Positions 1 to 8,910 of a stretch of 38,459 nucleotides of DNA are shown piece after piece. The DNA lies in NCBI GenBank assembly GCA_003164375.1, contig PLTE01000108.1:1-38459 (forward strand). Reading direction: 5' to 3'. Within the stretch, counting starts at the first letter, position 1. Every line of letters starts with the position of its first letter. The translations under genes and the position numbers were made by a program. The notes under the pieces were generated by a model. The model saw only the letters and a program-made list of their open reading frames with translations. It was not told the origin of the DNA and did no database searches. The stretch comes from Hyphomicrobiales bacterium (GTDB lineage Bacteria > Pseudomonadota > Alphaproteobacteria > Rhizobiales > Xanthobacteraceae).

Positions 1-350
1 TGATCGGAATCGTAGCCGCGATGGGTGGCGAGATCGAAGGCGATCGAAAGGCCCTTCTGGCCGGCGGCGAGATTACGCCGGTAGAAGGCGTTGGAATCCT
101 CGGCCGTCGAGAAGCCGGCATATTGCCGGATGGTCCATGGCTGAGTGACGTACATGGTCGGATAAGGGCCGCGCAGATAGGGCGCGATGCCGGGATAGGA
201 GTTCAGGCCGTCGAGGCCATCGAGATCGGCCGCGTCGTAGCCGCTCTTGACCGCGATGCCTTCAGGGGTGAGCCAAGGCGCGGCGAGCGCAGGCGAGGGG
301 CCGGGCTCGTCGGCGAATGCAATTCTCGAAAAATTCGGGACTGGGCTCAT
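1..350 (-). CDS. mutB: methylmalonyl-CoA mutase large (catalytic) subunit, N-terminal fragment; continues past the window start
   Basis: Not in the ORF track because it is open at the window edge. Manual minus-strand translation from the ATG at 350 gives [116 protein letters not shown]. This is the conserved MCM alpha N-terminus. An ATGA start/stop overlap with the upstream gene lies at 347-350. Confidence 0.85.
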   Translation of the reverse strand, partial: MSPVPNFSRIAFADEPGPSPALAAPWLTPEGIAVKSGYDAADLDGLDGLNSYPGIAPYLRGPYPTMYVTQPWTIRQYAGFSTAEDSNAFYRRNLAAGQKGLSIAFDLATHRGYDSD

Positions 351-2227
351 GCGCCACCCGTCTTTGCGGTTCCCCGGTCAGTGCCGTCCAAGATACCGTA
401 TGCTGCGTTTAAAGTCGAAAGCAGGTCGCAGCCATCGTAAATGAAGGACTGCACGCCCGCTTCCCGCAAGCCTGTCTCGCGTTCGCCCGGCCGGCCGGCG
501 AGATAAATGTGCCGGGCGCCGGCAGCCTTGAGCGCCACCGCAGCCGCCGCCGCCTCACTCTCATAGACTTTGTCCGACGAACAAAGACACGCGAGCGCTG
601 CGCCCGATGCCTTAAAGGCTGTGGAAATGGGGGAGGCGTCTTCGTCGCCGCTCACGCCTTCGATGCCGCCTGTTTCGAAAAAATTCTTGGCGAACATGGC
701 GCGCGCGGTGAAGTCCGCAGGCGTGCCGAGCGTGGCCAGGAAAATTTTCGGCCGCGCGCCGGTCTTGGCGAAAATTTCGTCCGATGCATCGCGCAGGGCT
801 TCGAACGGCTCGGCGAGACGCAGCCGCGGCAGCGCCTTAGCGACCGCCGGCTCGTCGTCCGGCGATGGCTGAGCGGCGACGTCGAGAACCGCGGGCACGG
901 CTTCGTGGATGTTAGGAAATGCATTGGCGCCGGTGAGGATATCTTTGCCGCGAGCAAAAGCTTTTTGCCGTTCGGCGCGCACCGCGCTCACCGCCTCTTG
1001 GATCGAGCCGGCCTCCAGCGCCGCCCAGGCGCCGCCGATTTTCTCGATCTCCTGAAACGTTTGCCACGCCGCGGCGCACAATTGTTCGGTGATGGCTTCC
1101 AGCGCGCCGGAGCCTGCGGCCGGATCGGCGACGCGGGCGAGGTTCGACTCTTCGAGGAGAACAAGCTGGGTGTTGCGCGCGGCGCGGCGCGCGAACGCAT
1201 CCGGCAGGCCGAGCGGCGCGGTATACGGCAGCACGGTGATGGCGTCGGCGCCGCCGAGGCCTGCGGCAGCAACCGCGATAGTCGTGCGCAACATGTTGGA
1301 ATAGGTGTCGCGCCGGCTCATCATTCGCCACGCGGTTTCGGCCGTGATCATCGTGGGCTTCGGCTCAAGCCCGCAGGCCGTCTCGACGCGCGCCCATAAT
1401 TTTCGCGCGGCGCGGAATTTCGCCATGGTGGTAAATTGTTCGGCGTCGGCCGACAGCCGGAAATAGACGGCGTCACGCGCCGCTTCGAGCGCCATGCCGG
1501 AGGCCTCGAGCGCGCGAAGATAGGCAACGCCGCTGGCGAGCGCAAAGGCTAGCTCCTGTGCCGGCGAGCCGCCGGCATTGTGAATGATGCGTCCGTCGGC
1601 GACCGCAAACGGCCCGCGAAATCCTGCGCCCGCAAGCGCGCCGACCATCGTCGCGAAAGCCGGCGCCATCGCGTTCCAGCTGCGCGAGCTCTTTCCCAGC
1701 GCGGCAAAGCCGCCGATCGGATTGATGCTGAAACGCAAGTCGAGCGAACCGGGCGCGATGCCGCGATTTTTCACCAAAGCCGCCAGGTCGTGGATGATAT
1801 GGCGCGACGACGGGCTGAGATTGAGGTCGATGGCGATGAGGTCGAGCTCAACGCCGTCAAGGACGCGCGCCAGCGCCGCGCTCGACGCCTGCAGGCCGTA
1901 GCCATCGGCGCTCACCGAGCCGGCGAAGACCAGCACCAAACCGGCGGCGCCGTTGTCGAGGTCGTCCAGCGCCTGGGCATTGGCCGCCGCCGGGTCGGGA
2001 TGATCGACGCGCTGCAAGAGCGTCCAGGCGGCACCCGGCGCGCGGCCGGCAACGGCATGCGCGGCGGCGGGCTCATATAGCGGCTCGATGGTCAGACCGT
2101 CATGGCTGCGGCTCACCAGCCGCTCGAACGGCGCGCCCTTGAGCACGGCGCCAACGAGCTTGCGCCAGTCATCGCGCGTCGCAGGCGCAAAATCGCCAGC
2201 AAACGACAAAGTTTCGGGAGTTGTCAT
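347..2227 (-). CDS. mutA: methylmalonyl-CoA mutase small (beta) subunit
   Basis: 626-aa ORF. The N-terminus ([39 protein letters not shown]) and overall layout are typical of the MCM beta subunit. It is translationally coupled to the large-subunit gene downstream. Confidence 0.85.
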   Translation of the reverse strand: MTTPETLSFAGDFAPATRDDWRKLVGAVLKGAPFERLVSRSHDGLTIEPLYEPAAAHAVAGRAPGAAWTLLQRVDHPDPAAANAQALDDLDNGAAGLVLVFAGSVSADGYGLQASSAALARVLDGVELDLIAIDLNLSPSSRHIIHDLAALVKNRGIAPGSLDLRFSINPIGGFAALGKSSRSWNAMAPAFATMVGALAGAGFRGPFAVADGRIIHNAGGSPAQELAFALASGVAYLRALEASGMALEAARDAVYFRLSADAEQFTTMAKFRAARKLWARVETACGLEPKPTMITAETAWRMMSRRDTYSNMLRTTIAVAAAGLGGADAITVLPYTAPLGLPDAFARRAARNTQLVLLEESNLARVADPAAGSGALEAITEQLCAAAWQTFQEIEKIGGAWAALEAGSIQEAVSAVRAERQKAFARGKDILTGANAFPNIHEAVPAVLDVAAQPSPDDEPAVAKALPRLRLAEPFEALRDASDEIFAKTGARPKIFLATLGTPADFTARAMFAKNFFETGGIEGVSGDEDASPISTAFKASGAALACLCSSDKVYESEAAAAAVALKAAGARHIYLAGRPGERETGLREAGVQSFIYDGCDLLSTLNAAYGILDGTDRGTAKTGGA

Positions 2228-2300
2228 AGCCTCAAAATGCCACGGGCGGCCCTAAAGGGCCACACCACAATGACGTGCAAGTGCCGTGCCGCCGTAACCC

Positions 2301-2840
2301 CTAGCGTGGGGCCAGTTTCTCGATGCCGCCGGCATCCACGCGAGCGGCCGCATCGCCGACCCGGATGCCGGCGATCACGCGGTCGGCCGCGATCTCAGCG
2401 AGCGGCAGGAGGACAAAGGCACGCTCGAACAGGCGCGGGTGTGGCAGCGTCAGATCGGCGTCCTGGAGAACCAGATCGTCATAGGCGAGGAGGTCGATGT
2501 CCACGGTGCGCGGCCCCCAGCGGCGTTCACGGGCACGGTCGCGTCCGAGGTCGCGTTCGACTTCAAGCGCGCGCGCGAGCAGTTGGTGCGGCGTAAGCGA
2601 AGTCGCTACCGCAATGACGGCGTTCACGAAAGGCGGCTGGTCGGTGACGCCCCACGGCGGCGTTCGATAATCCGACGAGCGCGCCACAAGGCGTACGGCC
2701 GTGCCGTCGCACAATAGCGCGATCGCCCGATCGAAGTTTCCCCGCACCTCGCCGACATTGCCGCCGAGCGCGAGCAATGCCTCTACCGCAGCCTTACCCA
2801 CGCTTGCGTTCACGCGACCGCTCGACGACGACGCCGACAT
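2301..2840 (-). CDS. folK: 2-amino-4-hydroxy-6-hydroxymethyldihydropteridine diphosphokinase (HPPK)
   Basis: Motifs LALGGNVG, RWGPRTVDIDLL, LTLPHPRLFERAFVLLPLAEI. The ORF overlaps the folB end by 47 nt, and an in-frame GTG at 2813 is an alternative start. Confidence 0.85.
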   Translation of the reverse strand: MSASSSSGRVNASVGKAAVEALLALGGNVGEVRGNFDRAIALLCDGTAVRLVARSSDYRTPPWGVTDQPPFVNAVIAVATSLTPHQLLARALEVERDLGRDRARERRWGPRTVDIDLLAYDDLVLQDADLTLPHPRLFERAFVLLPLAEIAADRVIAGIRVGDAAARVDAGGIEKLAPR

Positions 2841-3171
2841 CGGTAAAAATCGCGGCGATCGGTGCGTGCGGTTTGTGGACGGTGATGCGCACGCTACGCA
2901 GCGGCGGGAAAAGCTCGAGAAGAGCGTCGGCGACGGCGCCGGCGGCGGCCTCGACCAGGCGATAACGGCGCGAGCAGAATGCTTCGCTCGCCGTCTTCAC
3001 CACCAGGTCATAGGAGATGGTGTCCTTGAGCTTGTCGCTGCGCGAGGCCGCAGCAAGGTCGATATCGAGGACGAGATCGAGCCGGAATGTCTGCCCGACT
3101 TTGGCTTCGTGCTGCATCACACCGTGATAGGCGTGCAGTATAAGCCCGTTGACGAAGATCGCATCGCTCAT
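2794..3171 (-). CDS. folB: dihydroneopterin aldolase
   Basis: 125 aa, IFVNGLILHAYHGVMQHEAKVGQTFRLDLVLDIDL is typical FolB. It lies between folP and folK, with an ATGA overlap with the folP stop (3168-3171). Confidence 0.85.
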   Translation of the reverse strand: MSDAIFVNGLILHAYHGVMQHEAKVGQTFRLDLVLDIDLAAASRSDKLKDTISYDLVVKTASEAFCSRRYRLVEAAAGAVADALLELFPPLRSVRITVHKPHAPIAAIFTDVGVVVERSRERKRG

Positions 3172-4130
3172 CGGGCACGCCTGATGGCGGCGGCGATGGC
3201 GAGCGCCTGCACCGTCGGCGCGACATCGTGCGTCCGGATGATGGCGGCGCCGTTCTCGACGGCGATAAGATGTGCGGCAAGCGATCCGCCGAGCCGCTCC
3301 ATCGGCTCCGACGGCAGGACCTCATTGATAAATCGCTTACGCGAAGCGCCGACCAGGAGCGGCAAATCGAAAGCCATAAAGGCATCGAGCCGCGCCAGAC
3401 AGCTAAGACTCTGCTCCGCCGTCTTGCCGAAGCCAATGCCGGGATCGAGCACGATCCGGTCATGGCCGATGCCCGCGGCCCAGGCGATTTCGAGCGAGCG
3501 CGAGAAGAACTCGGCTACGTCGGCAATGATGTCGATGGCAGGATCGGCGGTTTCGCGATTGTGCATGATGACGATGGGCGCGCCATGCTCGGCGACGACG
3601 CGCGCCATGTCCGGATCGCGCTGCAAACCCCAGACGTCGTTGACGATGGAAGCGCCGGCCTCAAGCGCCCATGCCGCCACGGCAGCCTTCATGGTGTCGA
3701 CGGAAACCGGAATGCCGATGGTGGCGACAGCGGGCAGGATCGGTTCAAGACGTTCACGCTCTTCGGCGGCCGACACCGCATGCGCACCGCCATAGGGCCG
3801 GGTCGACTCCGCGCCGACATCGATAATGTCGGCACCTTCGGCGGCCAGGCGCCGGCCGTGCTCGATCGCGGCCGGCGGCTGCATAAAAAGGCCGCCGTCG
3901 GAAAACGAGTCCGGTGTGACGTTGAGCACGCCCATCACCAGCGGACGACGCTTGGCCAACAGCCATGTCAGCACGTTATCGCCGGGCGCGGTGCCCGGCG
4001 CCGCAACCGCGCGTTCGATCGCGCGATGGGGTGCGTCCGTGGCCGCTGTTTTGGCCATCCTGGCGGTCATCCTCGGCGGTGTTTTTGGCCGTTCTCGGCC
4101 GCTCTCTCGGCTGTCGCTTTGCGCGGTCAC
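3168..4130 (-). CDS. folP: dihydropteroate synthase
   Basis: VMGVLNVTPDSFSDGG and IIDVGAESTRPG-like motifs, with a pterin-binding domain throughout. The start is uncertain; in-frame ATGs at about 4070 and 4058 are also possible. Confidence 0.9.
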   Translation of the reverse strand: MTAQSDSRESGRERPKTPPRMTARMAKTAATDAPHRAIERAVAAPGTAPGDNVLTWLLAKRRPLVMGVLNVTPDSFSDGGLFMQPPAAIEHGRRLAAEGADIIDVGAESTRPYGGAHAVSAAEERERLEPILPAVATIGIPVSVDTMKAAVAAWALEAGASIVNDVWGLQRDPDMARVVAEHGAPIVIMHNRETADPAIDIIADVAEFFSRSLEIAWAAGIGHDRIVLDPGIGFGKTAEQSLSCLARLDAFMAFDLPLLVGASRKRFINEVLPSEPMERLGGSLAAHLIAVENGAAIIRTHDVAPTVQALAIAAAIRRAR

Positions 4131-4195
4131 CGGCGGCGAGTCAAGCCGTCGCTAGCCGCCGTGAAAGCCGCAATAGCGTCGCCAAAGTGCCAGGC

Positions 4196-4603
4196 TCAAT
4201 AGCGGATCAGCGGCGGCAGCTTTTTGGCGGTTTCGATCCAGCGCGCTACGGTACTCACCGACGGCAGGATCCGCACCAATTTCCGCTTGGTATTGATGTC
4301 CGCCATGGCCTGCGCGAGTTTCTGCGGATTGCGGAACCGGAGTTCATTGGCGGTTCGGACGCCGGCAGCATGCAGCAGTTCGCAATATTCGCAGCCGACG
4401 CCCTTGACGCGCATGCGATCGGCGGCGGTCACCCAGTCGAGCACGAGTTTCTCCGGCGCGCCGGTCTTCAATGCGATCTTAAGCCGCTGTTTTGGTGTCT
4501 TCGCCGACCTTAACAAGCCGACGGTTGTACGAATCCCGTCCGACTTTAGAATCTTGGCGAAACCGGTTTCGATCCCTTGAATGTTGGTGATGGGATAGAT
4601 CAT
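4196..4603 (-). CDS. DUF4332 domain protein
   Basis: The track ORF 4196..4735 was trimmed to the internal ATG at 4603 (MIYPITNIQGIETGFAKILKSDGI...), which has a GAGG about 10 nt upstream. The HhH-like repeats VKGVGCEYCELLHAAGV are typical of DUF4332. The longer form would overlap the next gene. Confidence 0.7.
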   Translation of the reverse strand: MIYPITNIQGIETGFAKILKSDGIRTTVGLLRSAKTPKQRLKIALKTGAPEKLVLDWVTAADRMRVKGVGCEYCELLHAAGVRTANELRFRNPQKLAQAMADINTKRKLVRILPSVSTVARWIETAKKLPPLIRY

Positions 4604-4652
4604 CGATGTCCCCGCCTCAACGCAACTTCGTCGCCGCACCCACGTCGGTAGT

Positions 4653-5015
4653 TCAAACAAATTGCGCGAGACCGGGAATTGCGGCCACGATCTCGCCGAC
4701 CGTGTCCTCGCCGGCCTTCTCGCGCGCATAGGCAAGGACCGCTCGCGCGACGCTCTGGACCTGCCCCATGCTCAACCCCGCCGACATCATGCGCATACCG
4801 GCGCCCATCACGCCGCCCCCCATCAGGCCGCCGCCTCCGCCAGCTGCGGCTTTCTGCAACAAGGCTTCCGCACCGGGGAGCTTGGCCAAGAGCGGTTGTA
4901 CTTTGTCGGCCGGCCCCTCCTTGACAAGGAAGTCAAGAATAATGCCGACGGCTTTTTCCGCCGCGGCTCGGTCAATCCCGATGTCGGCGACCAGACGTCC
5001 GATCAATTCGTCCAT
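4653..5015 (-). CDS. conserved small hypothetical protein with a Gly-rich linker
   Basis: 120-aa ORF with coding-like composition (MDELIGRLVADIGIDRAAAEKAVGIILDFLVKEGP...). I could not name the family with confidence. Confidence 0.6.
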   Translation of the reverse strand: MDELIGRLVADIGIDRAAAEKAVGIILDFLVKEGPADKVQPLLAKLPGAEALLQKAAAGGGGGLMGGGVMGAGMRMMSAGLSMGQVQSVARAVLAYAREKAGEDTVGEIVAAIPGLAQFV

Positions 5016-5140
5016 TGCCCCTCACCAGCCCCGCACTGTCGGCAGGTTCGGGCGATAATGTAGATTCAAACGCAAGGTGACAAGACAGCGTCGATAAATC
5101 GGGCCATTCTGCGGGCGTCGTGGCGTCGAAACTTGGAGGA

Positions 5141-5160
5141 GCGTTGCAATCTTGCAACGC
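5141..5160. promoter_or_regulatory. perfect 20-bp palindrome GCGTTGCAA-TC-TTGCAACGC, candidate operator
   Basis: 9-2-9 inverted repeat in the divergent intergenic region between 4653..5015 (minus) and the M20 peptidase gene (plus). Confidence 0.4.
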
Positions 5161-5298
5161 ATGAACGAACACGGAGCGCCAGTGGCAATGCGCGCCGGCG
5201 GATATTATAAAATCATATTAGCCCGGATCGCTCGCTCACCCGGGTGCGCGGGGCAGCTCGATCGCGCAAGCGTGCTCGAGGGCGTAAGGTGGTGAAAT

Positions 5299-6726
5299 AT
5301 GACAACGTCAGAAGCTCTGCCTGCAGTCCTTGATCGCGTCGACCGCGATCTCGACCAAAGCCTCGATCGTTTGTTTGCGCTGTTGCGGATCCAGTCGGTG
5401 TCGACCGACCCGGCCTATGCACCGCACTGCCGGGAAGCCGCCGAGCACGTCGCGGCCGACCTGGAGAGCCTCGGCTTTGAGACCAGCGTGCGCCCGACCC
5501 AAGGTCACCCGGTTGTGATCGGTAAAAGCGGTAATGGTCAAAGCGGGGGCCAAAGCGGCGGCAACTTGGTGGGCAACGCGCCGCGCGTGCTGTTCTACGG
5601 CCATTACGACGTGCAGCCGGTCGATCCGCTCGATCTGTGGCAGACCCCGCCATTCGAGCCGCGCATCGAGACGCTTCCCGGCGGCCGCAAGATCATCGTC
5701 GCCCGCGGCGCTTGCGACGATAAGGGCCAGGCCATGACCTTCATCGAGGCCTGCCGCGCCTTCAAAGCGGTTACCGGCAAGCTGCCGCTCGACATCACGA
5801 TGCTGATGGAGGGCGAGGAGGAGTGCGGCTCAAAGCACCTGTTCGGCTTCGTGCGCGACAATGCCGCCGAACTCAAGCGCGACCTGGCTTTAGTCTGCGA
5901 TACCGGCATGTGGGATGCCCAAACACCCTCGATCACAACCTCGTTGCGTGGTCTCGTCTATGAAGAGGTGAGGCTGACTTGCGCCGATCGCGATCTGCAT
6001 TCGGGCCTGTTCGGCGGTGCGGCGCGCAACCCCATCCATGTGCTCGCCGATATTCTCTCGGCGCTGCACAACGCGGACGGTTCGGTGGCCATTGCCGGCT
6101 TCTACGACGGCGTTCATGACCTGCCGGCCGATATCAAGGAAGATCTCGCCGGCTTAGGTCTCACGCCGGAGAAATTTCTCGGCCCCATCGGGCTGAAAAT
6201 TCCGGCCGGCGAAGAGGGACGCATGCTGATCGAGCAAATCTCGACACGGCCGACGGCCGAGGTCAACGGCATCATCGGCGGCTATACCGGGGAGGGCGCC
6301 AAGACCGTCATTCCCGGCAAGGCCATGGCGAAAGTGTCGTTTCGGCTTGTCGGCGCGCAGGATCCGGAGAAAATCCGCTCGGCCTTCCGCGACTTCGTGC
6401 GTGCGCGGGTGCCGTCCGATTGCAGCGTCGAGTTCGGCAATTTCACCAGCGCGCCGGCGTTCGACGTCGCATTCGACAATCCGGCGCTCGCCAAGGCGCG
6501 CGCGGCATTGGCCGAAGAGTGGGGTAAGAAGGCGGTGACGGTCGGGGCAGGCGGCTCGATCCCGATCGTCGGTGATTTCAAGTCGGTGCTCGGCATGGAT
6601 ACGCTGCTGGTCGGCTTCGCGCTCGACGACGACCGCGTGCATTCGCCGAACGAGAAGTACGATCTCAAATCGTTCCACAAAGGCATCCGCAGCTGGGCAC
6701 GGATTATGGCGGCGCTGGCCGGCTAG
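5299..6726 (+). CDS. M20/M25/M40 family metallopeptidase (ArgE/DapE/dipeptidase-like)
   Basis: 475 aa. Motifs GHYDVQPVDPLDLWQTPPFEP, ARGACDDKGQ, MLMEGEEECGS and C-terminal DDRVHSPNEKY. Confidence 0.85.
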   Translation: MTTSEALPAVLDRVDRDLDQSLDRLFALLRIQSVSTDPAYAPHCREAAEHVAADLESLGFETSVRPTQGHPVVIGKSGNGQSGGQSGGNLVGNAPRVLFYGHYDVQPVDPLDLWQTPPFEPRIETLPGGRKIIVARGACDDKGQAMTFIEACRAFKAVTGKLPLDITMLMEGEEECGSKHLFGFVRDNAAELKRDLALVCDTGMWDAQTPSITTSLRGLVYEEVRLTCADRDLHSGLFGGAARNPIHVLADILSALHNADGSVAIAGFYDGVHDLPADIKEDLAGLGLTPEKFLGPIGLKIPAGEEGRMLIEQISTRPTAEVNGIIGGYTGEGAKTVIPGKAMAKVSFRLVGAQDPEKIRSAFRDFVRARVPSDCSVEFGNFTSAPAFDVAFDNPALAKARAALAEEWGKKAVTVGAGGSIPIVGDFKSVLGMDTLLVGFALDDDRVHSPNEKYDLKSFHKGIRSWARIMAALAG

Positions 6727-6771
6727 TCCAATACGTCCGGCTGCGAACGCAAAACGCCGAGGGAGGACACC

Positions 6772-7599
6772 ATGAGGCTTTCTGTTCTTGCCGCCGCCGC
6801 TTGCGTGGCGACGCTCAGCGCGCCTTCCGCCGCGTCGTCTTCGGCGATGGCCGCCGGCGTCGACAAGCTCTACATCCTCGATTGCGGCCATGGCTCCGCG
6901 CCCGATCAGTCGCGCTGGTCGCCCGGCGTCAATGTCGGAGTGCCGCTGCAAGTGTCCGACAATTGTTATCTGATTCACCACGCGCAGGGCTGGTTGCTGT
7001 GGGATACCGGTATCAACGACTCCGTCGCTGCCATGCCGGACGGCCTCAAAGGCGAAAATGGCGCGCCGAGCTGGATACGGACCAAGACGCTTGCCGGCCA
7101 GCTCGAAGAGCTCGGCCTCAAGCCGTTCGATATCAAGGCCATAGCGGTCTCGCACACCCATCCTGACCATATCGGCAATGTCGAGGAGTTCCCGCAGGCC
7201 ATGCTTTACGTGCAGAAAGCCGAATACGATTGGCCGGGATTGAACGGCGCGCCGCGCTTCAACCCAAACCATCCGGTGACCAAGCTCGAGGGCGATCACG
7301 ATGTGTTCGGCGACGGCTCCGTCGTGATCGTTTCGACGCCGGGCCACACGCCGGGTCATCAGTCCTTGCTGGTCCGATTGCCGAAAACCGGCGCGGTGGT
7401 GCTCTCAGGCGACGTCGCACACTTCAAGGACAATTGGGACAATCGCCGGGTGCCGGCGTTCAACACCAGCAAAGAGCAGAGCCTGGCGTCAATGGAGCGC
7501 ATCGCCGGCATTCTGACGAAAGAGCATGCGCAGCTGTGGATCAACCACGATAAAGCGCAGAGCGACGCGCAGAAGAAGTCACCGGACTTCTACGAATAA
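6772..7599 (+). CDS. secreted MBL-fold metallo-hydrolase (N-acyl-homoserine-lactonase-like)
   Basis: Signal peptide MRLSVLAAAACVATLSAPSAASSSAMA. HxHxDH motif SHTHPDHIGN, plus a later TPGHTPGH. Confidence 0.8.
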   Translation: MRLSVLAAAACVATLSAPSAASSSAMAAGVDKLYILDCGHGSAPDQSRWSPGVNVGVPLQVSDNCYLIHHAQGWLLWDTGINDSVAAMPDGLKGENGAPSWIRTKTLAGQLEELGLKPFDIKAIAVSHTHPDHIGNVEEFPQAMLYVQKAEYDWPGLNGAPRFNPNHPVTKLEGDHDVFGDGSVVIVSTPGHTPGHQSLLVRLPKTGAVVLSGDVAHFKDNWDNRRVPAFNTSKEQSLASMERIAGILTKEHAQLWINHDKAQSDAQKKSPDFYE

Positions 7600-7673
7600 A
7601 GCGACGGTCTCGGTGCGCTGGATAGGCGATAGTTCGTTGTCTCGTTGGTCGCCGGCAAAGCGACCCTGTCGCC

Positions 7674-8009
7674 TTACACGGCTTTGAAGTCGCCAGCGCC
7701 GGAATGCATTTCTGCTACGGCGCCGTATTCATCGAGGATTTGCGCGACGAGGTTCTTGGCTTTCGCGAGCGCCGCGCAGATGCGGTCCTTGCTCGGCGAT
7801 TCCGGCCAATCCGACAGCGTGATTTCCTGCTGATCGAGCGCGCTTCTCAAATTGCGCAGCTTCTCCAGCATATGCTGCGGCTCGGCATCGAGGAAATGGG
7901 CCTGCAACGTCCGCGTCAAAAAATGCAGGACATCACTGTCGTCGCTTTGATCGGTAAAACTCGGCACAGGCGCGCGTCCGGTAGCGATTGTTTTCGCCGC
8001 TTTCGACAT
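7674..8009 (-). CDS. hypothetical protein (111 aa)
   Basis: The track ORF 7674..8291 was trimmed to the ATG at 8009 (MSKAAKTIATGRAP...), which is preceded by AAGGAA. The longer form would overlap the response-regulator gene. No family recognised. Confidence 0.5.
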   Translation of the reverse strand: MSKAAKTIATGRAPVPSFTDQSDDSDVLHFLTRTLQAHFLDAEPQHMLEKLRNLRSALDQQEITLSDWPESPSKDRICAALAKAKNLVAQILDEYGAVAEMHSGAGDFKAV

Positions 8010-8241
8010 CAACCGTTCCTTGACGGGCGTCTGGCGCGCCGACGCCAAAACACCCCCACGCATTGCCCATCGGTTGCGGTCATACAGCAATTTGCGCCGA
8101 GGCGAGACCGGAATGCGGATTAGCCCTGTCAGAAATTTCCTGACATCTTTACGCGCAGTTTGACGCGCGATCAGCCTTCCGAGATTTTGTTTGAGCGCTA
8201 TCTTGCCGAAAAAGCCGGCAGTCACTGTTCCGGATCGTACT

Positions 8242-8910
8242 CTAGAGTTGCAGCCATCCTTCGGCGGATGCGTAGCGAACCAATTCCGCACGAGTTTTGA
8301 GTCCGAGCTTCTCGAGACCGCGCGCCTTGTACGTCTCGACGGATTTCACGCCGACATCGAGCCGGCTGGCGATTTCCTTGTTGGTGAAGCCCAGCGCCGC
8401 CATTTTCAACACCTCGGTCTCGCGGTCGGTCAGCGCCGGCGTTCCCCTTCGGCTTGACGCCTGCTTGGCATTAGGGCGCTTGCCGTCGAATAGGCGGCCG
8501 GCGATCGCTGGATCGACATAGGTGCCCCCGACCATGACGGTTCGGATGCCCTGCACGAGATTTTCCACCGCCGATCTTTTCAGGATATAGCCCCGGGCGC
8601 CGGCTTCCAGAGCCTGCTTCAGATAGGCTCTGTCTTCGTGCAGCGTGAGCACAAGCACGCGCAATTCCGGCAACTCGCCGATCAGCCGGCGGCAGAGTAC
8701 GATGCCGTTGAGCTCCGGCATCGATATATCGAGCACCGCCACATCGGGGCGTTTGTCGCGGATGACTTTCAGTGCGGCCAGACCGCTCGCGGCTTCGCCC
8801 GCCAGTTCGAAATCCTCTTCCGCCCGAACCAGATTGCGTAGCCCATCGAGGACGATGGGATGATCGTCGGCAAGCACGATGCGGATTTTTGTCATGTCGC
8901 TTTTTATCAT
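8242..8910 (-). CDS. NarL/FixJ (LuxR-type HTH) response regulator
   Basis: REC domain (RIVLADDHPIVLDGL, VAVLDISMP) plus a LuxR HTH (LTDRETEVLKMAALGFTNKEIASRL). ATGA overlap with the kinase gene at 8907-8910. Confidence 0.9.
   Translation of the reverse strand: MIKSDMTKIRIVLADDHPIVLDGLRNLVRAEEDFELAGEAASGLAALKVIRDKRPDVAVLDISMPELNGIVLCRRLIGELPELRVLVLTLHEDRAYLKQALEAGARGYILKRSAVENLVQGIRTVMVGGTYVDPAIAGRLFDGKRPNAKQASSRRGTPALTDRETEVLKMAALGFTNKEIASRLDVGVKSVETYKARGLEKLGLKTRAELVRYASAEGWLQL

Noticed and set aside
2794-2840. 47-nt folB/folK overlap as a possible programmed feature
   Set aside because: It is more simply explained by the annotated start being too far upstream. A GTG at 2813 shortens the overlap, and short overlaps are common in this operon type.
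2701-4202. Plus-strand ORFs 2701..3795 (364 aa) and 3228..4202 (324 aa) over the fol genes, and 509..1399 over mutA
   Set aside because: They are antisense to folK/folB/folP and mutA, which carry diagnostic motifs. Their composition is low-complexity Arg/Ala-rich.
6154-7359. 401-aa minus-strand ORF spanning the peptidase/MBL junction
   Set aside because: It is antisense to two confidently identified plus-strand genes and crosses their intergenic region. Its Arg-rich composition is typical of a shadow ORF.
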